Of a DNA stretch of 64,000 nt, positions 24,701 to 37,413 are shown in pieces. Made by a program: the position numbers and the translations under genes. The stretch comes from Lama glama (Eukaryota): assembly GCA_028534125.1 (NCBI GenBank), contig CM052832.1, positions 17,362,001 to 17,426,000 on the forward strand, read 5' to 3'. Under the pieces are notes generated by a model. It was not told where the DNA came from and did not search any database. It saw only the letters and a list, made by a program, of their open reading frames with translations. The stretch's first letter is position 1. The number at the start of each line of letters is the position of its first letter.

Positions 24701-27700
24701 AGTGTTTCATGGCTCCCAGTTACAACAGATTCCTTGCCCCTTAGCCTGCCAGGCAAAGTGTTTTCTGGTCTCTTCTGGCCTCTGCCCTCAGCATTCATGT
24801 ACTCCAGCTGGACACAACTGCTTGCCTTCTCACTCCTTTGCCCATACCATTTCTCCTACCTGGAAAACTCTCCTGCTCTTGGACCACGTGGTAGACGCCT
24901 GTTCATCCTCCAAGACTCTGTGAACATTGCTTCTGTGATGACTGTATTAACTTCTCCCACCACAGGCTGTCACCCTGCTTTGCTTATCCATCCATGATTG
25001 TGTATCATGTAATTCCTGACTAAGTTCCTTGAGGGCAGGGACTGTGTCTTGGTTGTCACTGGGGTGATTCAGTTCTCAGCCATTATATATCCAGTCAGTA
25101 AAGACTGGAAGAATGAGTGTGTGGACAGGATGCTTGTTTTAGTATACTGGGATGAAATGATGAGGTCGTGGGGTGGGTAGTCAGGGGAGGAATGGGAAGG
25201 GCTCCTGAAGTAGCCTTTCCTCTCTTCACTGCCCTGCCCTGCCATCCACACAGAGCCTGACCCAGATGGAGAGGGAGAAGATCGTTTGGGAGTTTGAGCA
25301 GCTCTATCATTCCTTGAAGGAGCATGAGTATCGCCTACTGGCCCGCCTCGAGGAGCTAGACTTGGCCATCTACAACAGTATCAATGGTGCCATCACCCAG
25401 TTCTCTTGCAACATCTCCCACCTCAGCAACCTGATTGCCCAGCTGGAAGAGAAGCAGCAGCAGCCCACCAGGGAGCTCCTGCAGGTAAGGCCTAGAGCCC
25501 CCGGCCAGGCCCCCTGCTAAGACGTCTCCCTTCTCTCTTTGCCAAGTAGTATCCAGGGCCCCCTCGTCCCCTGTCAGCTCTGGGAGCAGCAGCGGCTTTC
25601 CAGGCTCTGTACTGGAGGAGAAACATGTACAGTTGAGGCTCTGGTTGATACAGCTTGGGTCACTCAATTGCACTGTCTCAAATAAACGGTACGAATCTGT
25701 GAATCGATACTGAATGAAAAGGGGAAATTCTTCTATTAAAATGTTGTCTAAGTAATATAGAAGGAATTTTGAAACTAGAAAATGACCATTTGGCAACTAT
25801 CGTAGTAAAAGTGAGACAGTAATGATCAAGAGATAATAAATCTAAGGGGAAAGGGGATTTGATAAGAATTGGAATGTTAACAAAATTTCAAAGTATCACT
25901 AGAGATTGAACCTAGGACCTAGTGCATGCTAAGCATGCACTCTACCACTGAGCTATAGGCACCCCACAAAGTAACACTTTTAGATTACTTATTAATTACT
26001 AAAAAAAGTAATTGTACAATGATCAAAATGACACCAATAAGAGACAAGTGAATAAAAGGTACCTTTAGGAGGAAACAGCATACACTAGTCAAAGATGGTA
26101 CAGCATGAATTTACTCATTCATTGGGGAGTATCTGACAAACCCAAATGGAGGGGCATTCTATAAATAACTAGCCTTGTATTAAACCAGTGTCAATGTCAT
26201 GAAAGACAGTCAATGCTAAGGAGTCATTCCAGATTACAGACACATGCCATGATACCTAAATGCAATGAATGCCCCTGGATTACCGAAGTGAGGAGGGGAA
26301 TGGTTTTAAAGAACATTATTAAGACAATTGTTTAAATTAGAATATGGAATAGATTTGCTAACTATGTTATAGTTATATATGAAAATGTACTTGTTCTTAG
26401 AGAATTTTAAAGAAGTAAGGGATATAATGGAAACAGTACTCTCTCAAATGGTTCTGAAGATAAATATGTTTATAAGTTTGGGGAAAGAGTATACAGGAGC
26501 TGTTTGTACCAGCAGCTTTTCTGTGTATTTGAAATTATTTCACAATAATAAATCAAAGGAAGCAAGCTGGACAGGTAGGCAGTTATGATCCAAAGGTGGG
26601 ATACTTCTGTGAGTAAATCTGAAATCATGATCCTTGACAAGTGTGCAGGAGGAGGACCTAGGAAGTGTTAGGTATAGCAAATAGTGTGCATCCCAGTTTC
26701 CTCTGCCGAGTTTTTAGCTCCCCAACTGTGAGTTGTGTTCCTTGTCTCCTTGGTTTCTCCCAGGGAGGTATGGTCCTCATTCTTAACAGTCCAAGTTGCT
26801 AGCATACGGATCAGCAGGAAGGAGATAGGTCACATCACATTCATTTTTAAACAGACTTCTCAAATTACTACAAGACACTTCCTGCCTCTCACTGGCCAGA
26901 ACTCAGGAGGGCCACCCCATAGTTGGGTTTTCACCAAACACTCATGAAAGAAGACTGAAATTATGAATGATTTCTCATGGTTATCCTTTTCCTTTCTCTT
27001 GTAGGACATCGGGGACACATTGAGCAGGTACAGTTTTCTCTCTCCCCATTGATAAACCAAGCACAAGAAGACTGTTTCCTTCACACTTAGAAATCCTGAA
27101 AGGAACCCAAAAACTGAGGACTTCTTACCAAATTGCCACACATCCTGCCTGTCCCTCAACTGAGTCACTATTGAGCAAAGAACTAGATGGACCACAGCTC
27201 TTTCCCAGTAAAACTGAGGACTTATTGACAGTTATGAGGGTGTCGGGGTGGAACAGGGGCTCATTTGGAAGGGTGCTGGTGGTTATGAGGACACTTCCAT
27301 GGCAAGGGTGGAGATTTGGAGGGACTTGGGCAAAGTGCAAGGATGTTTTATGGTTTTTGCTTCCTAAGCATTTCAGAATTCTCTCTCTTTCATATTCTCT
27401 CCCTCTCTCTTTCTTTCTTTTTCTGTAATAGGGCAAATATGGTTTAAGAAAAGCGAGACCAGCTCAGAGTTATATAATTACTGATGAGTTCCCTGGCTTC
27501 TGGCTCTTGTTCCCATTATTTCACTACTGTATCATCAGATGGAAAGTGAAGAAGAGCACCTGGGAGTTGGGACATGACAGAGAAGGGAGAGCTCAGAATG
27601 AGCAAGAAGCCCAGACTTAAGTTGTGTTGCGAGGACGAATGGGATGGGTCTTGGGAACGTAATGTTTGGTGCAGGAGTGCCTACTGGGGTGGAGACTGAC

Positions 27701-30700
27701 TTTGAGGGAGCTGAACTTTGAAGCTGATTCAGATCCTGAAAGGTGAAAACCCTCCAGAGGAAATGCAGCTTGATTTTCTGGGAGCATTTGAGGAAAATGG
27801 TGGAGGGCCTCCTAGATGGGGTAGGTTGGCTGCGAGGGCTTTGTGGATAGAATTAGGTTGATAGAACTCAGGTTTTGAGGACCCCTAGGATGGAAATGAG
27901 TTGCAGCCTGTAGCAATCCCTGCCGAGTGACCGCAACAAATACTGCTTTCACTTGCTGCTTTTACTGTTTGATACCAGTCTGGTTCTGAACTAACAGGGA
28001 GATAGATCCTTTAGATCCTATCATTTTGTGACTTTAAACCTTGAGTTAGGTTCTGTGAGGCAGGAAGCCTAAAATTTCATTGGCTTAAAGCTTAAACGTA
28101 ATAAAAAAAAATTTATAACCATTAAAGAAAGGTGTAAGAAGGTAGCCTGGGGCTGGTATGGTGGCTTCAGTGATCATTAAAAGGTCTCTCGGGTTCCTTT
28201 CCATTTATACTTCTGCCACTCGTAAGGTATGATCCTCATTCTTAACAGTCCAAGGTAGTTGCCAGAATGCCAACCAGCAAGAGGAAGATTAGTCACATCA
28301 CATTCCTTTTTAAACAGACTTCAGATTACCACAAGAACTTCTTAACCTCTCACTGGCCAGAACTCAGTCACAAAGTCACATCCAGACAGCGCAGGCATGA
28401 ACCCAGTAAAATTTAGAAGATGGAAGAAAGGATGTTGGGTGGGTAACTAGCAATCAGTCTTTGCCATAGACCCTTTGTGGCAGGTGGTGGGTAACAGTAT
28501 TGTCCAGAGAGTACCTGTCTGTTTGAAGGTGTCATTCTCACTGTATTTGGGCACCTGTGAATTCTGGGTCATTGCCCACCATAAATATCAAGGACTTTGT
28601 CATGGAATCTGGCAAGGTCAGCCTTACATATAATTTAATTCAGTAGACCTTTTTGAGGACAGACCACTTGAAAAACCATATGCTAGTTAGTGTTTTGAGG
28701 GTATACAAATAAGATGTCTCTCCTGTTTCGGTCTCAAGGATCATAGTCTAGGAGGAGAATTAAAGACTGTCTGCCTGTGTCAGCCAGTTTAACCCAGGCT
28801 GTGTCCTGGACCTTGAAAGTTTGTAGAGTTGGGAGAAGGATTCACTCTTTTATTTTTTTAATTAAAACTTAGGGCTGAGCGAATCAGAATCCCTGAACCC
28901 TGGATCACACCTCCAGATCTACAGGAGAAAATCCACATTTTTGCCCAGAAATGTCTGTTCTTGACTGAGAGTCTGAAGCAGTTCACAGGTAATGGGAAAG
29001 AAGGAGTCCATGAGGGGACATGGATTTATCCTCTGAATATCTGTGTATTGCCTATGATGTATTTTCCAGCCAAATAGTGGGATGCAAGCTGAATATCTTC
29101 TTTTCTCCCCTTAGAAAAAATGCAGTCAGATATGGAGAAAATCCAAGGTAAATTTGTCTGCTTAACGGGCTTTTGATGTTGAAGTTTCCTGGAGAGACAA
29201 ACATCTGCACTAAAGTGTGGGAACATGGGAAAGGGATGATACCCAGCGGCCAGCCTTTCCTGAATTTACATCTTCCTTATTGCTTTGTTAATTCTTTTCA
29301 ATTAATAGCCTCTTGTTTCAGCTTGAAGTCTTTTAACTATATGCACTCATTTTTCAATCTACATTAATGAAGGAGAAAAATGGGTAGTCCAATAAAAAAT
29401 TAATCCAGAATTAGTTTGAGTATTTAAAAAAATTTTTTTTGGTTGGGGGAGGTAATTCAGTTTATTTATTTATTCTTACAGGAAGGACTGGCGATTGAAC
29501 CCAGGGTCTCATGCATGCTAAACATACTCTCTACCACTTGAGTTATACCCTCCCCCTAAAATTATTTTTTAATTGAGAAAGACAATCAACAGAAGCTATC
29601 CTAGCTCCATAACATTTGAGCTATAATTGTGTTTGTAGTTATAATTGATCGAGTTCCTGATGCTTGTGCACTGGTGCTGACCAGGACAGGAGGAATCAGG
29701 TGGTGCCGACTGAGGCAGCACCTCCAGGGGATGGGTCAGGAACAGAGATTCAGGAGTCCAGCTGCCTGGGTCCCAGGTCCAGCTCTGTCACCTGATAAGG
29801 ATCCTACACTGTAATTTCCTTACCTGTGAAATGAGGAAAATAATAGCTCTCACCTTACAAGGTTGTAAGGATTAAGTTGAATTAGATGCTGTTTCTAAAG
29901 TCTTTAGAATGAAATGGGACACGTAGTAACCCCTATATTTATGTTTATGAAATATGATATTCTAGGTATTTAAGGGAAGTTCTTACAAATACAGTTTTAT
30001 GTTCATGAGCCACATTCAGTTAGGAGTTGGCTATATACTAAATGCTAAGATCCCTAGGTAGTCTGGTAGAGTCTGAGATTATTCTGTGTAGGTAAACCCT
30101 TTCCTTACTTGTTACAGATTACACATCCCCATAATCTCTGATAATGTCTTACATATGCTAAAACTTTGTGTTGTATCTTTTCAGATACATGCTTTGTTGG
30201 CATCTAGCAACATAGATTTAGGGGATGCTCTCATGTCCTCCACAAGCCAAACAGGGAGAAACTCCATTTAATACAGTGGATGATACCAGGAGTGGTTAGC
30301 TCAGACATGACATTCCTTGATCTGATTCATTTATTTCTCCTGCTCCTCTCCTGCCACTTCAAAGGCTCACTGAGAACATAGCTGTGAAAATGCTTTGTCA
30401 ACCATAAATGTGTTTTACAGTGAATGGCCTTGTTTGCCCCAGTGTGGTAGCAGGTGTCACTTGAAACACCCAGCCCCCCAGAACAGAGATGGTTTATGAA
30501 AGCCAAGAGTATGTATGATGAAGACTTGGAGCCGTCTTTCCCCTCACAGAGCCAGCTGGCTCACTGTGGGGTGGAATCCTTGATCTTGGCTCAGTTTGAC
30601 CCCGTATGCTACCAATCTCGGGCATGTGGTTATCCTTCTGCCCAAAGTTCCCAATCTCTCTTCCCTTGAAGCTGTTGGCTGGATGATAAGAGTCATAAAC

Positions 30701-33025
30701 AGTGGGAAGGAATTGGTGCATGACTGACAACAGGGGTTCTGGGGTGTCGAATGGAAACCATTTCTTTATGATGACTCCAACCCAAGCTACCTCAGTTAGG
30801 TTTTCCCTAGAAATTCTCAGATGCTTTCCATAACTTCTTTTCTCTTTTGTTCTTTCAGAATTGAGGGAGGCTCAGTTATATTCAGGTAAGTGGTGGGAGA
30901 CAAAACCATTTGGAAAAGGAGTAAAAATCCTTATGAACCTAACTACTACTGTGCATGATTTTGGAACTTGCCTAAATTGGGATTCTTTAAGTTACATGTA
31001 TAAAAAATGATAAACAACAATCACAGGAATACATTGGTTGTTTCTGTGTGTTTACAGTATCTTTGCCTCCTAAAATGCCTCAGAGCTGAAACCATGGACC
31101 TTTGAAATAGGAAGGCAAACTCAGATGCTATGAAGGATCCTAGAGTGGAAACTCCACTTCCCAAAAAGTAGAGCACTGCTAATACGCTGTTTCACTGCTC
31201 TGTCCACCTAGCCTCAGGGGCAGTGTGTGGTTTACAAAAGGCAGTCATCCTTCCAGAAAGAGTGATTGAGCTCAACTCTTATTCTGAGTGCTAGGGAGAA
31301 TCTTGGAGGAATCTTGTGTCATCCCTTCTCTGTGTCTCAGAGCAGGAGTTAGAACTCTCCCTCCCCTTGACCAACACCTTTCACTTAAGGTCCCCAGAGG
31401 CCAGGGAAATCTTGTGACCTCAGAGGTACTCAAATCAGGTGTGTACTTTTTATAGTAACATGACTGCCTATTGTTTCATTGGATCCTCTTCATGAACAGA
31501 GGGACTCTACATACAAACAGGTCTGCTTTCATTGATGTCTCCTGGCTGTGATCCACGTTTAATTCTTTCAATGAATATTAATTGAATACCTTGCTTATGT
31601 CCTACTTTTTAAAAAATACTGTGTAGGGTAATGTAGAGGGAATGAAAGGGTGTAAGACACTGTCCTTCCCTTAGAGTTAAATGTGTGGTTGGAGGTATGA
31701 GGTATACCCATGCCATGAGAAAAAAATGGGCAACTGTTGTGAGCAGATGGATGAACCAGAAACCCAGTATCTGGGGTTCTTGGTCACCTCCACCAGTCAA
31801 CCACCATGAACCTTTTGTGGGAGTCAGCCTGCCCGAGCTTTGGTGCAGAGGGTTAATGTTTGGGAATCTTCCTCTTGAACAAGATGTGAAGAACAAATGA
31901 GAGAATGTGGATCAGTGATTTTTAAAATGAAATCACGTGGTTATAAGATGCATATGAGACTATTTAGTGCCTCTATCCCACGTAATGTGAACATTCATAT
32001 GTTTTGCAGCAGATCTATTGATACTTGGTTGTACAGTGCTGTACCACACCCTGCCTGTCTAAATTCTGTATTATCTTCAATTCTGTGAAACTTCTGGTCC
32101 CTGAGGCTTTCAGATTAAGGGATTGGACATACATGTAAGAAAACCTCAAATTCAGTCTGTAATGGATATTGTGGTTTAAGATATGAAAGAAAGCAATGAA
32201 GGTAAAATTTCAGTACTTTCAGTGTATCGTGGCTAAAAGATAACTGGCTAATCCAAACAGTAATTCTTGGAATTTCACCTTCAGGACGTATTTCGTTGTA
32301 AGGTGAATGCGCCTCATTTGGAAAGCTCTTATTCTTTTCTTAGGGAGGTAGGAGGAGAGAAGCTGGGTGTTCTGGAGTGGGCTCTCCTGGCCCTCAGCTG
32401 AACCTCCCTGCCCCTCTGTTTCTCTGCAGTGGATGTGACTCTGGATCCAGACACCGCCTACCCTAGCCTGATCCTCTCTGATAACCTGCGACAAGTGCGG
32501 TACAGTTACCTCCAGCAGGACCTGCCCGACAACCCTGAGCGGTTCAATCTGTTTCCCTGTGTCTTGGGCTCTCCATGCTTCATCGCTGGGAGACATTATT
32601 GGGAGGTGGAGGTGGGAGATAAAGCCAAGTGGACCATAGGTGTCTGTGAAGACTCAGTGTGCAGAAAAGGCGGAGTGACCTCGGCCCCCCAGAATGGATT
32701 CTGGGCAGTGTCGTTGTGGTATGGGAAAGAATACTGGGCTCTTACCTCCCCGATGACTGCCCTCCCCCTGCGGACCCCACTCCAACGGGTGGGGATTTTC
32801 TTGGACTATGATGCTGGCGAGGTCTCCTTCTACAATGTGACAGAGAGGTGTCACACCTTTACTTTCTCTCATGCTACCTTCTGTGGGCCTGTCCGGCCCT
32901 ACTTCAGTCTGAGTTACTCGGGAGGGAAGAGCGCAGCCCCTCTGATCATCTGCCCCATGAGTGGGATCGATGGGTTTTCTGGCCATGTTGGGAATCATGG
33001 TCATTCCATGGAGACCTCCCCTTGA
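21079..33025 (+). CDS. TRIM27: Tripartite motif-containing protein 27 (RFP), E3 ubiquitin ligase; join(21079..21498,22701..22796,25254..25484,27005..27027,28873..28988,29115..29147,30859..30885,32430..33025)
   Basis: [19 protein letters not shown]... RING, B-box, coiled coil and PRY/SPRY ending ...GHSMETSP. All introns are GT-AG. Exons sum to 1542 nt = 513 aa plus stop, in frame. Confidence 0.98.
22701..22796 (+). CDS. TRIM27: TRIM27 coding exon 2
   Basis: ttctcag|[32 protein letters not shown]|gtaaga; 96 nt. Confidence 0.96.
25254..25484 (+). CDS. TRIM27: TRIM27 coding exon 3 (coiled coil)
   Basis: acacag|[17 protein letters not shown]...PTRELLQ|gtaagg; 231 nt. Confidence 0.96.
25901..25966 (-). 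mobile_element. 3'-truncated tRNA-Ala/vic-1 SINE copy
   Basis: TATAGCTCAGTGGTAGAGTGCATGCTTAGCATGCACTAGGTCCTAGGTTCAATC. Flanked by caaagta(t/a)cact direct repeats. Confidence 0.8.
27005..27027 (+). CDS. TRIM27: TRIM27 coding exon 4 (23-nt microexon)
   Basis: cttgtag|GACATCGGGGACACATTGAGCAG|gtacag = DIGDTLS(R). Confidence 0.93.
28873..28988 (+). CDS. TRIM27: TRIM27 coding exon 5
   Basis: cttag|[38 protein letters not shown]|gtaatg; 116 nt. Confidence 0.95.
29115..29147 (+). CDS. TRIM27: TRIM27 coding exon 6
   Basis: cccttag|(E)[10 protein letters not shown]|gtaaat; 33 nt. Confidence 0.93.
29433..29556 (-). mobile_element. vic-1-type tRNA-Ala-derived SINE
   Basis: GGGGGAGGGTATAACTCAAGTGGTAGAG head, AATAAATAAA...AATTACCTCCCCC tail and A-run. 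Confidence 0.85.
30859..30885 (+). CDS. TRIM27: TRIM27 coding exon 7
   Basis: ctttcag|(E)LREAQLYS|gtaagt; 27 nt. Confidence 0.93.
32430..33025 (+). CDS. TRIM27: TRIM27 coding exon 8 (PRY/SPRY, B30.2)
   Basis: ctgcag|(V)[16 protein letters not shown]...GRHYWEVEV...[16 protein letters not shown]...METSP*. Confidence 0.98.
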
Positions 33026-34022
33026 ACTCAGGCCAAAAGGGCTGTTGGCCGTAACCCTACCCCAGGCAGAGGGCATCTTGTTGCCTTGCTGCTTCCTGCC
33101 CGTCACAGCTGGATACCCTCACCACATCCCATGCCCCTGCAGCGCAAGACAGGATGTCTGTGTTCTCTGCCGTCCTTTCCCTTCTCACAAAAACTGGGGC
33201 ATGTAAAGACAAGTATCCAGATTGCCCAGAAATAAAAACCAGATGCCCACCTCCAGTGTTTCACACTTTTTGGTCTCACACATTACTGGAGGGGATAAAG
33301 AATATAAGTAATCTTGGGTTTGGAGAGCCATGCAAGATATGTAGACCTTGGCTCAGCCCCACATTGTGATCGTGGGTATTTGCTGTCATTTCTGGACTGA
33401 GGCTTTTTGAGAACCTAGAGCAGAGCTGCAAAGTCCTGTCAGCATGGCCCCCTTTATCCCAGTTTTTCCTTCTGGGAATAGTACCTCTACCCCGATTCCC
33501 AATCTGCCATAGTTTTATTAACTCCATTAAAGAGGCCTCCTATGTCTTTTGATTAGTTACAGTTATTTTACAATAATGGTGGGAAACGGCCCCACCTCTG
33601 AGATAATGTTCTAATCAATGTGCTCTTTGCCTCTGTCTTTTTCTGAGGGCTTTGTCAGCTCCCTTCATTCTAATGAAAGGTGTGTCCTAGTGCTGGCTGC
33701 ACATCATCCAAGGTGAATTTTCTGCCCAGCACCATCCAGTGTCCCTAGATCCCCTCCCACACACATTCATGGACTGATGGTCAGTCATACACTATCCCTG
33801 GAAGGATTCTGGGGCAGTCAGTATTCCAGGGACTTTTGTCTCCTCCCATCTCATTTGAGGAATGGGGGAATTTACCTTTTAATATGTGTACCATCAAGGG
33901 GCAGTTCCATCCCCATGGCCATTGGATCACGAGGCATCCTGAGAGAAGGCTAAGGCAGGTCTCTGAGCAAGCCCCAGTGATGGTTCTTAGTCCTACTTTG
34001 AGTACATCCCTCTCTATTAGAA

Positions 34023-34028
34023 AATAAA
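34023..34028 (+). terminator. Probable distal TRIM27 polyadenylation signal
   Basis: AATAAA followed about 20-50 nt later by a GT-rich tract. A proximal AATAAA lies at 33231-33236. Confidence 0.6.
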
Positions 34029-34605
34029 GTGAGTATGGATGTTTACATCGTTGTTTTCTGGGTCTTGGTGGGATTGGATTCATAGATGTTGGTGGGGGGT
34101 GTGGTGGTTAATGGTGTTGATTTCCCCTATGGGTCCAGAATCCCATTCTGGCCAATATTTTGCTTCGAACTGGTTGATAAAACAGTACTGTGTCACTGCT
34201 TTCTAATGGTGCTGAGAAAGTAGTGTTGGACAACCACAGCCTACAGCTTTGTATCAACTAATTCTGTTACTTCACTAAGAAAGTGTTCTTTCAAGTCCTT
34301 TTTATAACTGACAGTGAGGTAATGCAGCCATTTTTGGTGTAAATCAAAGGGCCCAGAACTTGGTTCCCAACTCAGAACCACCAGCCTAAGCCCTTGGGGG
34401 CATGGAGGTCACCAGGTGCTGAGGAGGAAAGATCAGGCTGAGAGAACAGCTCCATTCCAGGGGATCTGGATCTTTTCTGCTTCTGGACATGACCTCAGAA
34501 GACAAGATTTATGATCTTATTTAGTCTTGTACACAGCATTGAGGGTCCATGGCTGAAGGTCATGAATTGGTGATGTGTCCTAATTCATTCATTTGTTCAT
34601 CAGGG

Positions 34606-34727
34606 TTTTTCAGTGGTGGTGGTGTGTGGGGGTAATTAGATTTCATTTGTTCATTTCCTTTTTTTTTTCTCTAAATGGACCTTATGCATGCTAAGCATGC
34701 ACTCTACCACTGAGCTATACCCTCCCC
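34606..34727 (-). mobile_element. vic-1-type SINE with internal deletion
   Basis: GGGGAGGGTATAGCTCAGTGGTAGAGTGCATGCTTAGCATGCATAAGGTCC jumps directly to the tail (B-box region missing). catcag direct repeats flank it. Confidence 0.8.
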
Positions 34728-36360
34728 ACCATCAGATTTTAAGAGAAATAACCAGGAGCTAAAGAGAGGACCTTTGAGGCTAGGTTAGCTTTTCCTGAAC
34801 ACTCTCAATAGATAGAAATATGTATAACGTGTGTATGTAAAGTACTACCGCACAGCAATACATGGTATCAAGTGCTTTATGCACAATGAGTTGTTTAATG
34901 CTCAACAATCCTACAAAGTGGGTACTATTGCCCTTATTTTACAGATGAGGAAACTGAAGCACAGAGAGGGTAATGACTTATCCAAGGTACACAGCTAGAA
35001 AGTAGAGCCAGGATTCAAACTGAGATGGAATACATGACCACATGTCATATCCTGCCTCACAATATATATGGATTATGCTTTTCCATGTGGGATGAAGATC
35101 AGAGACAAGCCTTGGAGGGCCAGTCTACCTGTGGTACCTACTTTTACCAGTAACTATCTACTCTAGGGTCTGCAGGAGTTTAACATGCCATGAAGGAAGA
35201 ATAAGAAATAAGGATGGGACAGAAAAATGACCAGGACTAAAAGTGAATTTTAGCACGATAACATTACAAGAACACTAAATGTGGGCCACAGTTTGGTTTT
35301 TAAAGATTGACATGGGAACCTTACAATTTTATAGCTCACAGTTTCTATGAAATGGAAATTGACTAAATGTTTTAAGGGGCTTAATGGGATTCTTGTTAGT
35401 AAAAAGAATTTCTGCCTGGATTCCTGGTAAGTAAAATGCATCACAAGGGTTTATTTTTCATGTAATGAATTTTACAAGTCGATAAGGAAAGACAAACACC
35501 TCAAAAATTTGGTAAGCAATTTACAGAAGAATATAAAAATCCTTTAAACAAGAATGTTCAACCTCACTAATAAAGCTATATAACAATACCTTAGCATTTT
35601 TTACCCAGTAAAATGTTTTGTTGTTATTGTCTGATAGTATTCTGTTGGTCAACTTTGGATTATCTAAATTGCTTCAAAATTTTTTGGTAGGGAATTGGAC
35701 AGTGTATCATAAGCTTTTAAAACTGGGTAAACTTTGGTCTAGTGATTCCACTTGTAGAAATTTAAGAAAATAATTATGGATATTTGAAAATATCTTTCTA
35801 CACAAGGATATTCTTTAGAGTATTTCTCAGGAAAATGAAAAATTAGAAATAATCTTACATTCAGCAATATCCATTTGCTATGGGATATCTGCAGTACTTT
35901 GCCATTAGAAAAAAATATAAACTTTGAAGAGGCTACAATTGCTATGTCGGGAATCACTTTTGGAACAACTATAGCTTATAAAACAAAATAGAGCAAATCT
36001 CTAATCTTGAGGGGAGGGAAATTAGGAAACCATTGTTCCCTTACTTCCCACTCCCCATTTTCTTTTTAACTACCAAAAATAACATATGACACCAAGAGTC
36101 TAAGAATCTAAGATAGGTTCTGCTGAAATTCAGACTGTCTCTTCATGCAGGAAAGAGATCTAAACTTTACCTTACACAAAGAAAAAGGAAAACCTTTCTC
36201 GGTACAAAATCTACTAAAAATTTCCAAACCTGTTTCTACTCTCTGAAACTCACAGCCCAAATACAGCAGCTGAAGCAAGTGAGTCAAATAAATTTCTTGA
36301 TTTCCTACCATGAAGTCCAGGCACCATCCTGGGCAGGCACTGGGCCTAGGAAGGTTATTT

Positions 36361-36376
36361 TAGCGCCATCTACCTG
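36361..36376 (-). promoter_or_regulatory. Candidate CTCF motif
   Basis: Reverse complement CAGGTAGATGGCGCTA. Confidence 0.45.
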
Positions 36377-37307
36377 ACCTCTAAGGGCTCTCAGTCTAGT
36401 TGGAGGAGTAATTTCTTACTGTTTAGTCTTGGGACTTCATTAAAATAATGTGAATTTCAAGACTCAGAGTTCAGGTTATTTTGCACAAAGCCGAGAAGCA
36501 TCTGGAAAAGTCTTGAGTCAGGAGATGTGGCGTGTCCCCCTTACTTTCATCCCTCTTAAAAATAGCCACTGTTGTCCACGAACAGGCAATGGACGCCATG
36601 GAGACTCTGAATCCGGAATATCTGAGGGTGACCGGGAAGGTCGGGAGGTAAGCGTGTCGCTCCGGTCGTTTCTGTGGACCTGGGACAGGTCAGTCCCCTG
36701 GGGCAGAGACTGTCCTTAAGTCTACACTCGCGGGAGCTGCCGTGCCCCACATGGATTTTCCCAGGCTATTCCTCAACTGTCACTTTCGGAGCCCAAAAGA
36801 AACTTCTCGAGTGACAGTGCAGATCTGGGGACGAAAAGGAACCTAGAGGGGATAGAAGGGGCCATGCCATAGAATGTGGGTCTGTTAGATTATTGGTGGT
36901 GTTCCTCACGCTCTTCAAAAGACAGAAACCCTAGAGCGAGGCTAACCACGCTCAAGATTTCAGTGAGGATTGGAGGCTAGAAAACCCACCCAGAGACCTG
37001 TGCTAAAAGATGTTCTTTCTTTTCTTCCCTCCCGAAATATGAGCTGTTTGGGCACAGGAAATGTTCGCACTACCTTCTCGAGATGGGAGTGACAGTCGAA
37101 AGGCCCACAAGAGACCTGTGTCCAGTTTTATACATAAACATTTTTCTCCCTTCCTTCGAAGTCTTCCCTTTCAATCCACAGGTGGCTTTTTGATTCTCTG
37201 GCCGTTACCCTGTTGACCCGGACACCAACCGTTTCTTTGCGTTTACGTCACAGAGACGCTGCTGCTTCGATCTATTTTAGTGGAAAATCTCGCCCTTTCC
37301 GCTAGGT

Positions 37308-37413
37308 GTCAGGATGGCCGAGTGGTCTAAGGCGCCAGACTCAAGCTACGCTTCCCCGCGCTGGGGATTCTGGTCTCCGTATGGAGGCGTGGGTTCGAAT
37401 CCCACTTCTGACA
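37308..37413 (+). tRNA. tRNA-Leu(CAA) with 22-nt intron (37346-37367)
   Basis: GTCAGGATGGCCGAGTGGTCTAAGGCGCCAGACTCAAG[CTACGCTTCCCCGCGCTGGGGA]TTCTGGTCTCCGTATGGAGGCGTGGGTTCGAATCCCACTTCTGACA, with a T8 terminator. Confidence 0.97.
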
